Origin: Sphaeroforma arctica JP610
Lineage: Eukaryota
DNA length: 32,383 bases
Assembly (NCBI RefSeq): GCF_001186125.1
Contig: NW_014040507.1
Location: 86,847-119,229, forward strand
Direction of reading: 5' to 3'
Below are positions 21,781 to 32,383 of this stretch, piece by piece. Numbering within the stretch: position 1 is the first letter of the stretch; each line of letters starts with the position of its first letter. The notes below the pieces were generated by a model that did not search any database, had not been told where the DNA came from, and saw only the letters and a program-made list of their open reading frames with translations. A program made the position numbers and the translations under genes.

Positions 21781-22974
21781 AGAATGTGTAAATTATTTTT
21801 TAATAAATATTTTTAGATCATGTTGTGATACAGCTGGGTAAAGTTCGGCTCTAGCATGACCACTACAATTCAGCTAAACCTGTTGCATCTTTTTGTTCGA
21901 AGGTGGCATAAAATCACACCTGCACAACAGATTATGACCCTGGCAGTGCTTGTTTGAAACAAATTATCTATTCCCGAAGCATTCGCTTACATGAAAGATC
22001 AATTAAGACGGTAAGTTTTATAGAAATACAGGAAAATCGGTCAATTCACCGAGGCGATGTAAAATCGAAGTGTGAGATAAATATACGTTCTGCAAGCACC
22101 TAGTTTGATATGAGTTCATTCATAATTTTTTTTGTACGCAACGACAACTGGCATCGAGTTTAGCAGCTCAGTTGGCTATTTATTTTCCCTCTAAACCAAT
22201 TAAATAGTGTAAAGTATATTTACATACCATGTTAACAGCCTTTTGAGAATTTGAAAATGATGAGTTGTTTATATTTCGGAGATTGGAATTTATCTTATTA
22301 TAAAATCGAGGAATGCCTGTGTGTGTTCACGCGGCATGAAAATATAGCCGTTAAAAATCCCGTCGTAGACAAGTCAACAGTAATATCCGGAATGAAGCTA
22401 TAAGCATCTAAAATGTATCATATTCATGTCGACGATAGGTCTCGGTGTTGATATGGCCGATGGTTCGGGCAATTCATTATTGACGAGTATAATTAAGACG
22501 GTTAGGTTTAGACATGAAAAACCCCCATATCAATGCAAAATAAAACAACGCATAATCCCGTGAAGCAAGACTACATATATTCTAATCGAATAGTTGCTCA
22601 GCGGTAGATACCCACGTGGTGTTCAATTGCTTGCTCGGTGTTAATGTTCGATATTTATTAAACTAATTAAAAATATTGACTTCTAGCATCGATTATATCG
22701 GCCACATTTAACGTGCGAAGAATCCAGGAACGCATTGTTTCGTTAATGTAGTTGTAGTCCTCTTACGAATTGTTTTAATATACAAATTTATGCGTAGAAT
22801 GCTGCACTATGTGATATTGCTAGAAAAACGCATACCTTGTAGAAATACGTACTCATTCGATACTTGCAACCACTTTCATAATCAAGACTAGTCACAAGCG
22901 CCAACATAATCGTATTATTTATTATCCAAATTGAAGAGCCAGCATGATTATAGACGTACGTCCAGGTATTAACA

Positions 22975-23555
22975 ACTCTCTGAACACATCGACCGACAGA
23001 GACGAATGGGCACAGAAGTGTGAGGTTGACCTTCCCCCCCCAACCTTGCGGTTATGCCGCGTGTTGCCGGTACAGATGCTTGCGTGTGGAAATTATCGGT
23101 TCAATCGGGAGAGGTGAATTCCCATGCTCTCCAATTTCGCCCCAGTGAAATAAAATACGAGCACTAGCTTGTCGAAAAAGACTTCCACTCATTTCGCTAT
23201 CTTATAGTATTTTAGTGTCAATTAAATTTGTGTGTGCTTTACACGCATTGATTGACCTTTGGAATTTGTTCTAGTTATTTACAAGTCTCTCTGTACACAT
23301 CGACCGACAGAGACGAATGGGCACAGAAGGCAAGGTTGACCCTTCCTTCCCCCCCCAACCTAGCGGTTATGCCGCATGTTGCCGGTACAGATGCTTGCGT
23401 GCGGAAATGATCGGTTCAATCGGGAGAGGTGAATTCCCATGCTCTCCAATTTCGCCCTAGTGAAAGAAAATCCGAGCACTACCTTGTCGAAAGAGACTTC
23501 CACACATTTTGCTATCTTATAATATTTTGGTGTAAATCAAATTTGTGCGTGCTCT
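22975..23555. repeat. Tandem duplication of a ~265-bp segment (period 311 bp)
   Basis: cacatcgaccgacagagacgaatgggcacagaag starts at 22985 and at 23296; the copies stay highly similar to aaatttgtg. Confidence 0.95.
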
Positions 23556-23743
23556 TTAAGTATTTTTAACTCCGAAATTAATGAGCAATCCTTCAATACT
23601 ACTAGTGCAAACGTTGCACCAAATAGTCCACTCAATGCAAGTGGAGAACATTCAGAACCGGGAATGGTCGCTTCTATAAGTTGCGCAATACCGGCGTATC
23701 ATCGATATATGTGATTTAACCGTAGAATTTAATTACATTCACA

Positions 23744-24444
23744 TCAAGTTGAAGTAAACCCAGCAGCGGCAGATGGCGACGCCGTGGTGGTGAGCAGCGT
23801 CGGTGCGATACGTGATCGCTTTTTGTTTGCAAACCCCTCCTTATCTACGTGCACTGTCTCTCTCTTTTCAGTACGACATACCGGCGAGTCACCCATCCGA
23901 AGTGGAGGTGCGCAATTGGACTCCTTACTTAAATCTAAATTCACGGGTGTGATTAGTGTTGGCGCAATCCTCTTCGGGGTCGTGGAACCCACACGTTTGC
24001 GATCGGTGGGTGCTCGTTTGTTACTTTGTGCATGTGCTTGATTTTGGGCAGTTGTCATGTTGAGAGTATCTACAGGGGCATGCGCAGATACTTCACACTG
24101 TTTGAGCGTTTGCGTGTCGTCCTGAGTTTGCTGTGGGGACTGATCAACTTCACCTGCCTGCGGTTGGCTAGAAGGCAACTGTGTAGTAGATGGTGAGGGT
24201 AGCAACGTGGGTGCGATGCGTTTAGGGGCGGACGTAGACCCGCTGGTGTTGACGACCGTAGGCTGTATCCTACGCGGCGTTGGTGCTGGCGTGGGTGTAG
24301 GTGTAGGTGTCGCCGCAGTATTCGGGTTTTTAGTGTCGCTTAATGCTGATTTGTTGACGGTGATAACCTTGGCATCTGCGCTCATATAAGCTTTCCCTTC
24401 GTTTTGTGGTAATTCAGCATCTGCATTTGACGAAACATGAGCAT
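23744..24444 (-). CDS. CHAF1B: CHAF1B terminal exon, disordered tail with B-domain-like motifs
   Basis: Phase-1 acceptors giving exon starts at 24444 or 24420; open to the TGA ending at 23744. Confidence 0.8.
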
Positions 24445-27400
24445 CTTTAAAGTGATGCGGATGGGTGCACAGAAGTCTAGGAAAATATACACACATTATC
24501 AAATTTAATCGACTGCCCAAGATCGCTTTGCTTGCAGATTAAATCGAAAACCTGAATCGAAATTTTATCAATGACAAATATTTTGATAACTCAAAAAATA
24601 AATTCCAACCACCTTTTAGATCAAATCGGAAGATACAAAGGAACTGTACACTCAATCTACCACAATTTACCCTGTAATGATGCCGCTGTCGGCGATGGAT
24701 CAGATTGGAAAGTACCAGCTGTTACGGTGTCGATACTTGTGGCGTCGATGGCGGATTTGAGCGTGACCACATTTCCCAATTCTCCATCAACAAATGAGAG
24801 GATGGAACAATATCCATCTTGTGATGAAATAACTACAGTATTTCCATCCATAGACCTACGGACCAAAACACAAATTTATATTCAATGTAGGATGCATGCT
24901 GTTGCGAATATGGGGCACTCCCAGATGATGGCGTGCGAAGATGATTATAAATTGGAAGAGCGATGAAAACTAATTTGATACAGATCAAAACGCTGGAACT
25001 AAGCTAAAGACACTACCAACACTCGCTCATGATGATACCTAATTTTACATATGCATCCTATTGGTTAGATGCATACGTATACATACGCATTTGAATTGAA
25101 ACATATAAAATAAGGTCTGTTGATAATTCGAATTAAATACAGAATACATGATGCAGGAGTCATGATTAAAAAATTCACGCCCACGCGACATCAAGTACTT
25201 ACCAAGAAAGGTCCGTTAAAGGTGCATAATGCAAGTCAGATATCATGGCGAATGGAGTAAGTGATTGAGTGTCGTAGAAGATGACTGAATTCACCGTCAT
25301 CACGGCAAAAATCAGCCGATACGGGAGATCTATCAGGGAATTCACTGGGCCTAGGGGAGGAATAATGAAACGGCTTAGTCGTGGATAGTGTGGACAGAAT
25401 CCTGTTCACTGAGTAGAGCTAAGATGGTTCATGGAGAATTTGATGATTTGGATCTAATCCTATCCGTTCAAAACAGATTCACTGAGTAGAGTTTGAGTAG
25501 AGTTCAGGTACATTATTGGGGACGCCAACGATTTGGCGAGTACTTATGTAATCAATTTGAAGTATTCGAGCCGCACAGCGAATACCATCGAGGTACTTCT
25601 ATAATACCGAGATCCGATGCAAAATGTGTAGGAGGAGTTTTACTGTTGTTGAGTGAGTGGATGACGTCGCAAATATGGGTTTTATTTTGATACGAGTTTA
25701 CGTGTCTGGGGTCGATAAAGATGTATGATCGTATGATATGACATCGGAACGCGTCATTTTCACACACAAAACTTTTGAATTGGGAATTCAATATGTAATC
25801 ATCATGCGCAGGATCAAGAGGTCGAGTATTTCCAGGTTAATACAAATGAAAAGAAAAAGGGAAAAAACCCAGAAAAACAGACTCTGATGAAGTGTTCAAT
25901 TTAATTAGTGACAGTCTCCGCTATGCACAATTGTGGGTGTTCAACTCATTTGTGATACGTTAAAGTGACAATATAGTTTTATACTGGTCGAATGTTGCTA
26001 TATTTTATTTAAAGAGCAATTTACATGGTGCAGATTTGAAAATTATGGATTGGCTACTATTTATAGATCGAGGATTGATGCGCTTTGAATCCGTTTTGTT
26101 AATGTGTATTGAGACTAAAAAAGGTTGAGGGAGGATCATGACCGCCATATTGATATTATCAATTCATTGAACATAAATACATCCATGTCGACAATAGCAA
26201 GTGTACCTGTCGAGTACCTAATGAAGTGTATTGCAAGCAGTGATAGGTGCGGACGAGCCTTGTACAACTATATATACCTGTGTGCTTGCTCCGTTTCCTC
26301 CTCTCGAAAGCTACGGGGCAAAATTTGATTTCGTTCGATGGTGAATCCATACACGGCGTATTGAATATGGGTCTGATGAAATCAGTGAAGGAAAGAATGA
26401 TCGTTAGTACATATGCTTCATGAGTGGCACAGGATGCTCTTTTGTGAATTCAACCATGTATATGTATCAGCTTAAGAGCTAGGACAACAATTCGTTGAAC
26501 AAGTAGCACAAGATGAATAATTTGAAGCACTGCGTACTGATAATCATGTATTAAGATGCGGTGGTGTTTGAGACTTCCATCGCGTCATGGTTGTTGGTAT
26601 AAAATCGGTGAGACTCCCCAAAGATTATGTCAATACGTGCGGTCAAAATAAAGACCCCCCCCCCTACTTGAAAAAGCATAGAACCGGAAAAGGAGTCATG
26701 TCACAGTATCGCGGTGCGGCAACAAACAGCTTTGACAGAGGCAAACGTGTCCATACACAAGATATTTCACTTTTCCAAGGTAAACGCCACTTTTCCCACG
26801 TGTTGAAATTTCACCGAAACGACATCTTATGCATATGGGTTACAAAAAGCAATGATATCGACACCCACAATGAGCAATCGAAGAACAACTTACGATGTAA
26901 ATCCTCTTTTTGCGGCAAAAAAATACGAAGTATTGTTATTTGTGGAAGATACGCCAGGCGTGGTGGCTGCGGGGGTGTGATCTACTCCACAGGGCGTGCC
27001 CAGAATTGACCTTTGAGAAATTTCACAAATATGAGATATGAAACGCCAAACGAGGTTCAAACGCCAAAAAAGCATGGGCACGCGATTTGCATTTGTATGT
27101 ATTTCGACACAAATGAACTTTTAGAATTAGAGGAACAAAGAAACATAATTTCACATTTGAAGCAATTTACTTACCCGTCTGGTGAGAAGTTTAGTCTTCT
27201 GAAGTATGACTGGCCTCCATTTTCATCCTGAAACATACGCACCAGCCGTGTCGGAGGTATGGCAGCCTCCTCCACTTTCTTTTTACCGCTGTCTGCGAGT
27301 GTGCTTATGTCGGTGTGTGTTGCTGTGCATGAGCAGGTCTCTGCGCAGGCGCATGAGAGTGTCTTCGTACTTTCTACAGTTTGTGAACTCTCCTTCCCCC

Positions 27401-29749
27401 TCACCCCGCATATACTGCTCGTCGAAGCCGAAGCTGTTTGCGTTTGACTGCTATTGCTTGCAGCCGCGGCATCGCCACCAGCCACTTTCTGCGGGCCATC
27501 AGCGATGCCAGTGGCCGTATTCGTACTTCTGTCAATGTCTACGAGTGTACGGTTAACTTTTTCTGCATCTATGATTCCATCTGGATTCATGCTAGGCTCA
27601 CTACTCGTCGTTGAGTTCGCAGCGGCTAGTTGTATTGCGGTGTTACTTGACTGGGTTGCATCGATGCTCGGCTTTTTAGTCGCATTCGATCTTTGTAGCT
27701 TTTTGTCGTCTAATGCAACAAATATGAGAGAGGAGATGCATCCGTAATTTGATATTTTTAGTGAGTCATGCAACAGCTAGGCAGGAGATAGGGCAATTTT
27801 CTTCGTCGCTATGTTAGTTGTCAAACTTGGAGGTGGACTCGTGCAGTTGTAAATTATTTCGAGTTCACCAGCCCTTGATCCCGAAGGCTGAAACAAATCT
27901 GCAGAGAACCAAACTATGAATCTTCGCTTGACGACATAAAATCAGATTGGTCGCACGGGTAGCATATATGCGGTGTTGTAGACGAATCAGGGCTTCGCTC
28001 AAAATAACGAAGTACTCCTCCCTCTGAACCATTCTGATAGCTCTAGGAACGCAAAAAAAAACTAAACACTGTGTGCGAGCATCCATGACGTTGCCCCTAG
28101 GCTCGATCAGAACTACAATATTAACTGAACGATCGTCCTGCCGACTATTCCACTGCAAATAGGTTCTACAGACCATACACAGATACATACTTATATCGCT
28201 GCATGCCAAAACTTGCTCCGTTGGTAATAGTACCAGTGACAGTAGGCTATACAATAGGAACATATTCAGTGCGACTGGTATAAGGCACAAAGCTGCGACG
28301 GATTTGTGCAAGAGATTCACTGACAGAACACACCTTTTGTCAGGTTCGGGGTGCATTGCGGCTGATGTGAGATAATCGCGTGGCTTTTAAAGTCCCAAGA
28401 TGTTCCATTCTTTTTGAATCGTTTAGAGTACACTCGACAAGTCCTGATAATATAAGTAAAACAGTACGACTTCGATCAGATACATAGCACATCATGAATT
28501 TACAGACAATGTATATATTAGGAATTGAATTGGACTATTACATTCAAGGGATGGTACATTAAAATAAATAAGAATTGAACAAACTCGTTGCCTCCGCCCA
28601 ACGCACACGCAGGTTCACAAGCGGTACATTGATAACATGGTATAACAGGCACGAAACCCCCCCCCCCCGCCAGCCGAACACAACACAACTGTGAAAGTTA
28701 TGCACAAACCTGCCTGTGCTCTGGATTACTGACTACTGCGTACACCCATAAACCGATTCCACAACTACACCCTTGATACAAGCGCGCAAAAACCTCTTTA
28801 CACTATACATATTTGCAACGGCTACATTGTACGAACTATTTTCTATGTTTCTACCCTCACTTAATGTTGCCATATATATACAATCTTTACAACTCCAAGC
28901 GTACCTGTCACTGCTCTGCGTGGCCAGGAGGTGCCCATCGGGTGACCACGTGACGCCCTGAACGTAGTGCTTGTGGTCTTTGAGGTGCTGCACGGATTTT
29001 CCCGCTCGCACATCCCACACGTGCACTGTGTTGTCGATGCTGGCAGACGCCAGATGGCTCGAGTCAGGTGACCAGGCTATGTCGTACACATCTTCAACGT
29101 GAGCCCGTAAGAGGTGCACCACCTTCCACGTTTCTTCACCCACCTCAACGTCCGCTTCCAAATTACCCACTACTGTTATATGTGTAAAATATGATTAGTA
29201 CATAAGTGTATGTAGTTTTGCGGTATATTAGATATCAAGTGTGTTGCACAGTGGTGCATAGTGTGCAATATGCGGGTGGTGGCCACACACGCACACTTTC
29301 ACACATACGATGCACGCACTCACACTTCCACACAACCAATACACGCACACACTTTTATACATACGATGCACGCACTCACACATACTATACACACACTTTT
29401 ATACATACGATGCGCGCACTCACACATACTATACACACACTTTTATACAAACGATGCACGCACTCACACTTTCACACATGCAACACACACACATTTTCTG
29501 AACACAACCCTTCACACATATGATACACGCATCGCACCTACCGTTGGGCTTGGTGGCATCCACTGGCCGGTCGTCCATCTTCCAAACCACTACCGCGCCA
29601 TCGTCACCCGCAGACGCGAGAAACTCTCCCGACGGCGAAAACCGCACCGCATTGACACTTTTGGTGTGTCGTGACAGATTAGACAGGAAGGTCACCTGCA
29701 GCAGTCCTTCTGCTGATCCCACAGCCTCATTGCGACGCACTCGCCACAT
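23744..29749 (-). CDS. CHAF1B: Chromatin assembly factor 1 subunit B (p60/Cac2/FAS2), WD40 protein; 5'-partial model
   Basis: Phase-consistent GT-AG exons: 29749-29542, 29172-28905, 28443-28334, 27709-27175, 27010-26894, 26372-26278, 25350-25203, 24855-24671, 24444(or 24420)-23744. Hallmarks: [103 protein letters not shown]-terminal KRIAP motifs. Confidence 0.95.
24671..24855 (-). CDS. CHAF1B: CHAF1B exon ([17 protein letters not shown]...ELG)
   Basis: Acceptor ccgtag|G, donor G|gtaaat. Confidence 0.88.
25203..25350 (-). CDS. CHAF1B: CHAF1B exon ([12 protein letters not shown]...TDLSW)
   Basis: Acceptor cccctag|GC, donor TG|gtaagt; not in the ORF track. Confidence 0.92.
26278..26372 (-). 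CDS. CHAF1B: CHAF1B exon (PIFNTP...[11 protein letters not shown])
   Basis: Acceptor ttcatcag|A, donor G|gtatat. Confidence 0.85.
26894..27010 (-). CDS. CHAF1B: CHAF1B exon (GSILGTPCG...RGFT)
   Basis: Acceptor ctcaaag|G, donor TC|gtaagt. Confidence 0.85.
27175..27709 (-). CDS. CHAF1B: CHAF1B exon (long insertion then RMFQDE...FSPDG)
   Basis: Acceptor cattag|AC in phase 1, donor GG|gtaagt. Confidence 0.8.
28334..28443 (-). CDS. CHAF1B: CHAF1B exon ([11 protein letters not shown]...NLTK)
   Basis: Acceptor ttatcag|G completes SSDR-TCRVY; donor G|gtgtgt is less certain. Confidence 0.8.
28905..29172 (-). CDS. CHAF1B: CHAF1B exon ([10 protein letters not shown]...QSSDR)
   Basis: Acceptor aacag|tag, donor AG|gtacgc. 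Confidence 0.9.
29285..29530. repeat. Intronic ~43-bp minisatellite (~5 copies)
   Basis: cacacttttatacatacgatgcacgcactcacacatactata repeated. Confidence 0.9.
29542..29749 (-). CDS. CHAF1B: CHAF1B exon (WD repeat, MWRV...TKPN)
   Basis: Acceptor cacag|ATG, donor G|gtaggt. Confidence 0.9.
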
Positions 29750-30863
29750 CTGTGCGTGTGTAGAATATGCGTCAGCAATGGTGAGTGTCATAGCACGAAA
29801 GTGACAACGTAAGCGCAAGGCGGGAAAGGGTACGTGCCTTGGGGATTGGACGCGGGAAATAGTGGAATCATATACGGTGCATATGAACGAGTTCTAACGT
29901 AATACACCTCAAGTCTGTAATGGAGGGGAAAGGGTATGTATCTCTAAACAAATATTTCAGAAAATCACTGCTCAATGAACGAGCTATATCATATCTGCTT
30001 CGCTGGGCACGTAAGTAGCGATGTCGAGTGTCATTAAAAAATGAGATTGGCAGATATATATATATATAAATATAGTACTTCGCGAAGGTACAGTTACCGC
30101 TGTGCAGTTGCTGTTGCTACGTGTTCTTGATGAGATGCTCAAGACAGCAGAAGAATGTCTTACTGACATCTGGAGATGCGCGTGTGACAATCACCAAATG
30201 ACGCTGCTCAGGAGCGTTTACGCACTATACACATCTCGAGGCAGTGTCAAACTTACATGCAATCTCAATTTAGCTATGTAAAACTCGAAACACGTTTCAG
30301 GTATAGATGCTTGATGGATGGTTATCGATTTTTGGTTATGTTTTGGTTATTGATGTGGGTTTGCCTTCATGCTCCAAGGCACGGTATTACGCAACATTTC
30401 ATGTAATACAGACCAACCCCATTGGATCAGTAGTTAACTAACTAGATTCGTACACAATATTCTGACGTGTTTTCACTGTAATCTAACTTCTCCCCGTGTC
30501 ATGTGTATTATGAAGTATCCTCAACAGTTTCAGGAAATAAGAGACGAGTAAGCGTGCGACACCTGAACGATACGCAAGTGTTTGAAATACAGAAGACTGT
30601 GTTAATCATTCGCCGTCCTTCTAGCTTATAAGAAAGTAAACACCCCATCAAGATAGTAGGAAAGACCATAGCGAGGGACCACACAGTACCCTTTATAGCG
30701 TAGCTTACGTGATAGCGAGGAAATATGCGAGCACTGTTCAACACCCGAAACATGCTCGTCGGCGCCACACTTGCATCGGACACGATGTTAGAATGGAAGT
30801 GCAAAACCAATTGATGAAGGTAGAAGTGCAGCTACTGTCACAAATACAAATCTTTACATACGC

Positions 30864-30867
<4 letters not shown>

Positions 30868-30903
<36 letters not shown>

Positions 30904-30904
30904 C

Positions 30905-30940
<36 letters not shown>

Positions 30941-31054
30941 ATATACTATACATATATATATAACACACACACGCACACACGCGCACACACACACAACATA
31001 TACATATATAGAAATAGAAATAGAAATAGAAATAAAATATATATATATACACAC

Positions 31055-31120
<66 letters not shown>

Positions 31121-31400
31121 GTATATTTATATGTATATATATATATATATAGGTATATGCATACATACACACATACATCCATACACATACATGTATATAT
31201 ATATATACATACATACATACATACATGTATATATATTTATATATGAATATAGATAGATATAGATATAGATATAGATATAGATATATATATAGTTATATAG
31301 TAATATAAATATACATGTACATACACACACACACACACACCCACACACCCACACACACACACATATATATATATATACAGATAAAGATATATATATCATA
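30868..31400. repeat. Compound microsatellite (TA)n/(CA)n/(ATAGAA)n/(ATAGAT)n
   Basis: Directly visible. Confidence 0.97.
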
Positions 31401-31814
31401 CTTATACTTATATTGTAATTGGTATGTGACACATGTGATGCTAATTCCAAGTATGGACGCGTGTGTATGATGGTGCAGTGTACATAATATACGTGGAATA
31501 TGATGGAATGTTGCAAACTAGATGTTTAGTTTATATAAACGAGTAGTTTGCGTAGATGAAGCTAGAATATTGTATATGGGATACGAAAACTTAATTAACT
31601 TAAAAATGAATTTTAAAGTGCAAATAATGTAAATTATATAGATGAGGGCGACAGTATCCAGAAGGGAACGGTCGCCATGGCTTAGACCAGCAATTAGCAT
31701 CCATAGGGCGCTTACTTGTCGTAGGCGCCATACGGGTGCGGGCTGACGTATAAAAACAGACACTACAAAGTGATAAGACTTCATAGTTTCAAGTAGCTAT
31801 AAAAGTATTTTAAT

Positions 31815-31990
31815 ACACAATCACCATTTCACTTTGGTTTTGTTGATTTTGCACTTAGAAAGTACTCACAACACACACACACACATATATATATATAAAT
31901 ACAATCCCCATTTCACTCTGGTTTTGTTAATTTTGCACTTAGAAAGTACTCACAACACACACACACACACAAATATTTATATATATATAT
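31815..31990. repeat. ~84-bp tandem duplication ending in microsatellite
   Basis: acaatc.ccatttcact.tggttttgtt.attttgcacttagaaagtactcacaacacac occurs twice. Confidence 0.9.
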
Positions 31991-32130
31991 ATGTATATAT
32001 AAATATATGGATACATGTACACACTCACTTTCACACAGAAACACATATATACAGACAGACACAGACATAGACACAGACACAGACACAGACACACACACAT
32101 ATATATATACATATGTATATATATATATAT

Positions 32131-32181
<51 letters not shown>

Positions 32182-32383
32182 TACGCGTATACACACACAT
32201 ACATACATATGTGTGTATATAATAAAACCACTACTATATGAATTTACGTGGTCACATATGAATGTATATATACAGTACGAGGTATACGTACATTTATATC
32301 AGTACACACATTCATACACAATTACACAGATACACAGATACACACAAGCACACACACACACATACACACACACACACACACAC
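31975..32383. repeat. Compound microsatellite (TA)n/(CA)n/(TACA)n/(ACACAG)n
   Basis: Directly visible. Confidence 0.95.

Noticed and set aside
22976..23025. HDV-like ribozyme or U6 snRNA (stem plus CGAATGGG; ACAGAGA)
   Set aside because: No upstream P1/P2/P3 pseudoknot elements, and ACAGAGA is not followed by the U6 AGC triad and internal stem-loop.
27865..28356. 163-aa minus-strand ORF
   Set aside because: Lies in a CHAF1B intron and out of frame with the adjacent exon; no recognisable motif.
29206..29674. Plus-strand His/Thr-rich ORFs
   Set aside because: Read-through of the intronic minisatellite and antisense of a CHAF1B exon.
23744..29749. HIRA instead of CAF-1 p60
   Set aside because: [18 protein letters not shown] and LPYRLIFAV are p60/Cac2 signatures, and the protein ends after the B-domain tail with no HIRA C-terminal domain.
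30709..32231. YI/CV/HT-rich ORFs
   Set aside because: Translations of (TA)n/(CA)n microsatellites.

Overview
Eukaryotic genomic DNA: spliceosomal GT-AG introns, (TA)n/(CA)n microsatellites and a 429-N gap at 9611-10039. The organism cannot be determined from the sequence. The left ~22 kb is a pile of decayed transposons. The best-preserved is a Ty1/copia LTR retrotransposon (3231-7026, +) with ~228-bp LTRs, a TAGGC target-site duplication, a half-tRNAiMet-type PBS, non-canonical TT...TA ends and no integrase core. It is nested in the RT of an older minus-strand copia. Also present are several other copia remnants, a tyrosine-recombinase (DIRS/Ngaro-type) retroelement remnant, and weaker LINE-like and hAT-like fragments. 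The right ~9 kb holds a multi-exon CAF-1 p60 gene (CHAF1B/Cac2) on the minus strand; its first exon(s) were not located. Most notable observations: (i) degenerate telomere-type tracts (TTTAGGG/TTTTAGGG) sit where retrotransposon coding sequence is missing; (ii) the non-TG/CA LTR ends are shared by both LTRs; (iii) a hierarchical tandem array appears built from the integrase C-terminal SH3 coding segment; (iv) CAF-1 p60 has four Asf1-binding B-domain-like motifs; (v) a hairpin-rich 311-bp unit is duplicated downstream of the gene. All alignments and translations were done by eye, so remnant boundaries are approximate.
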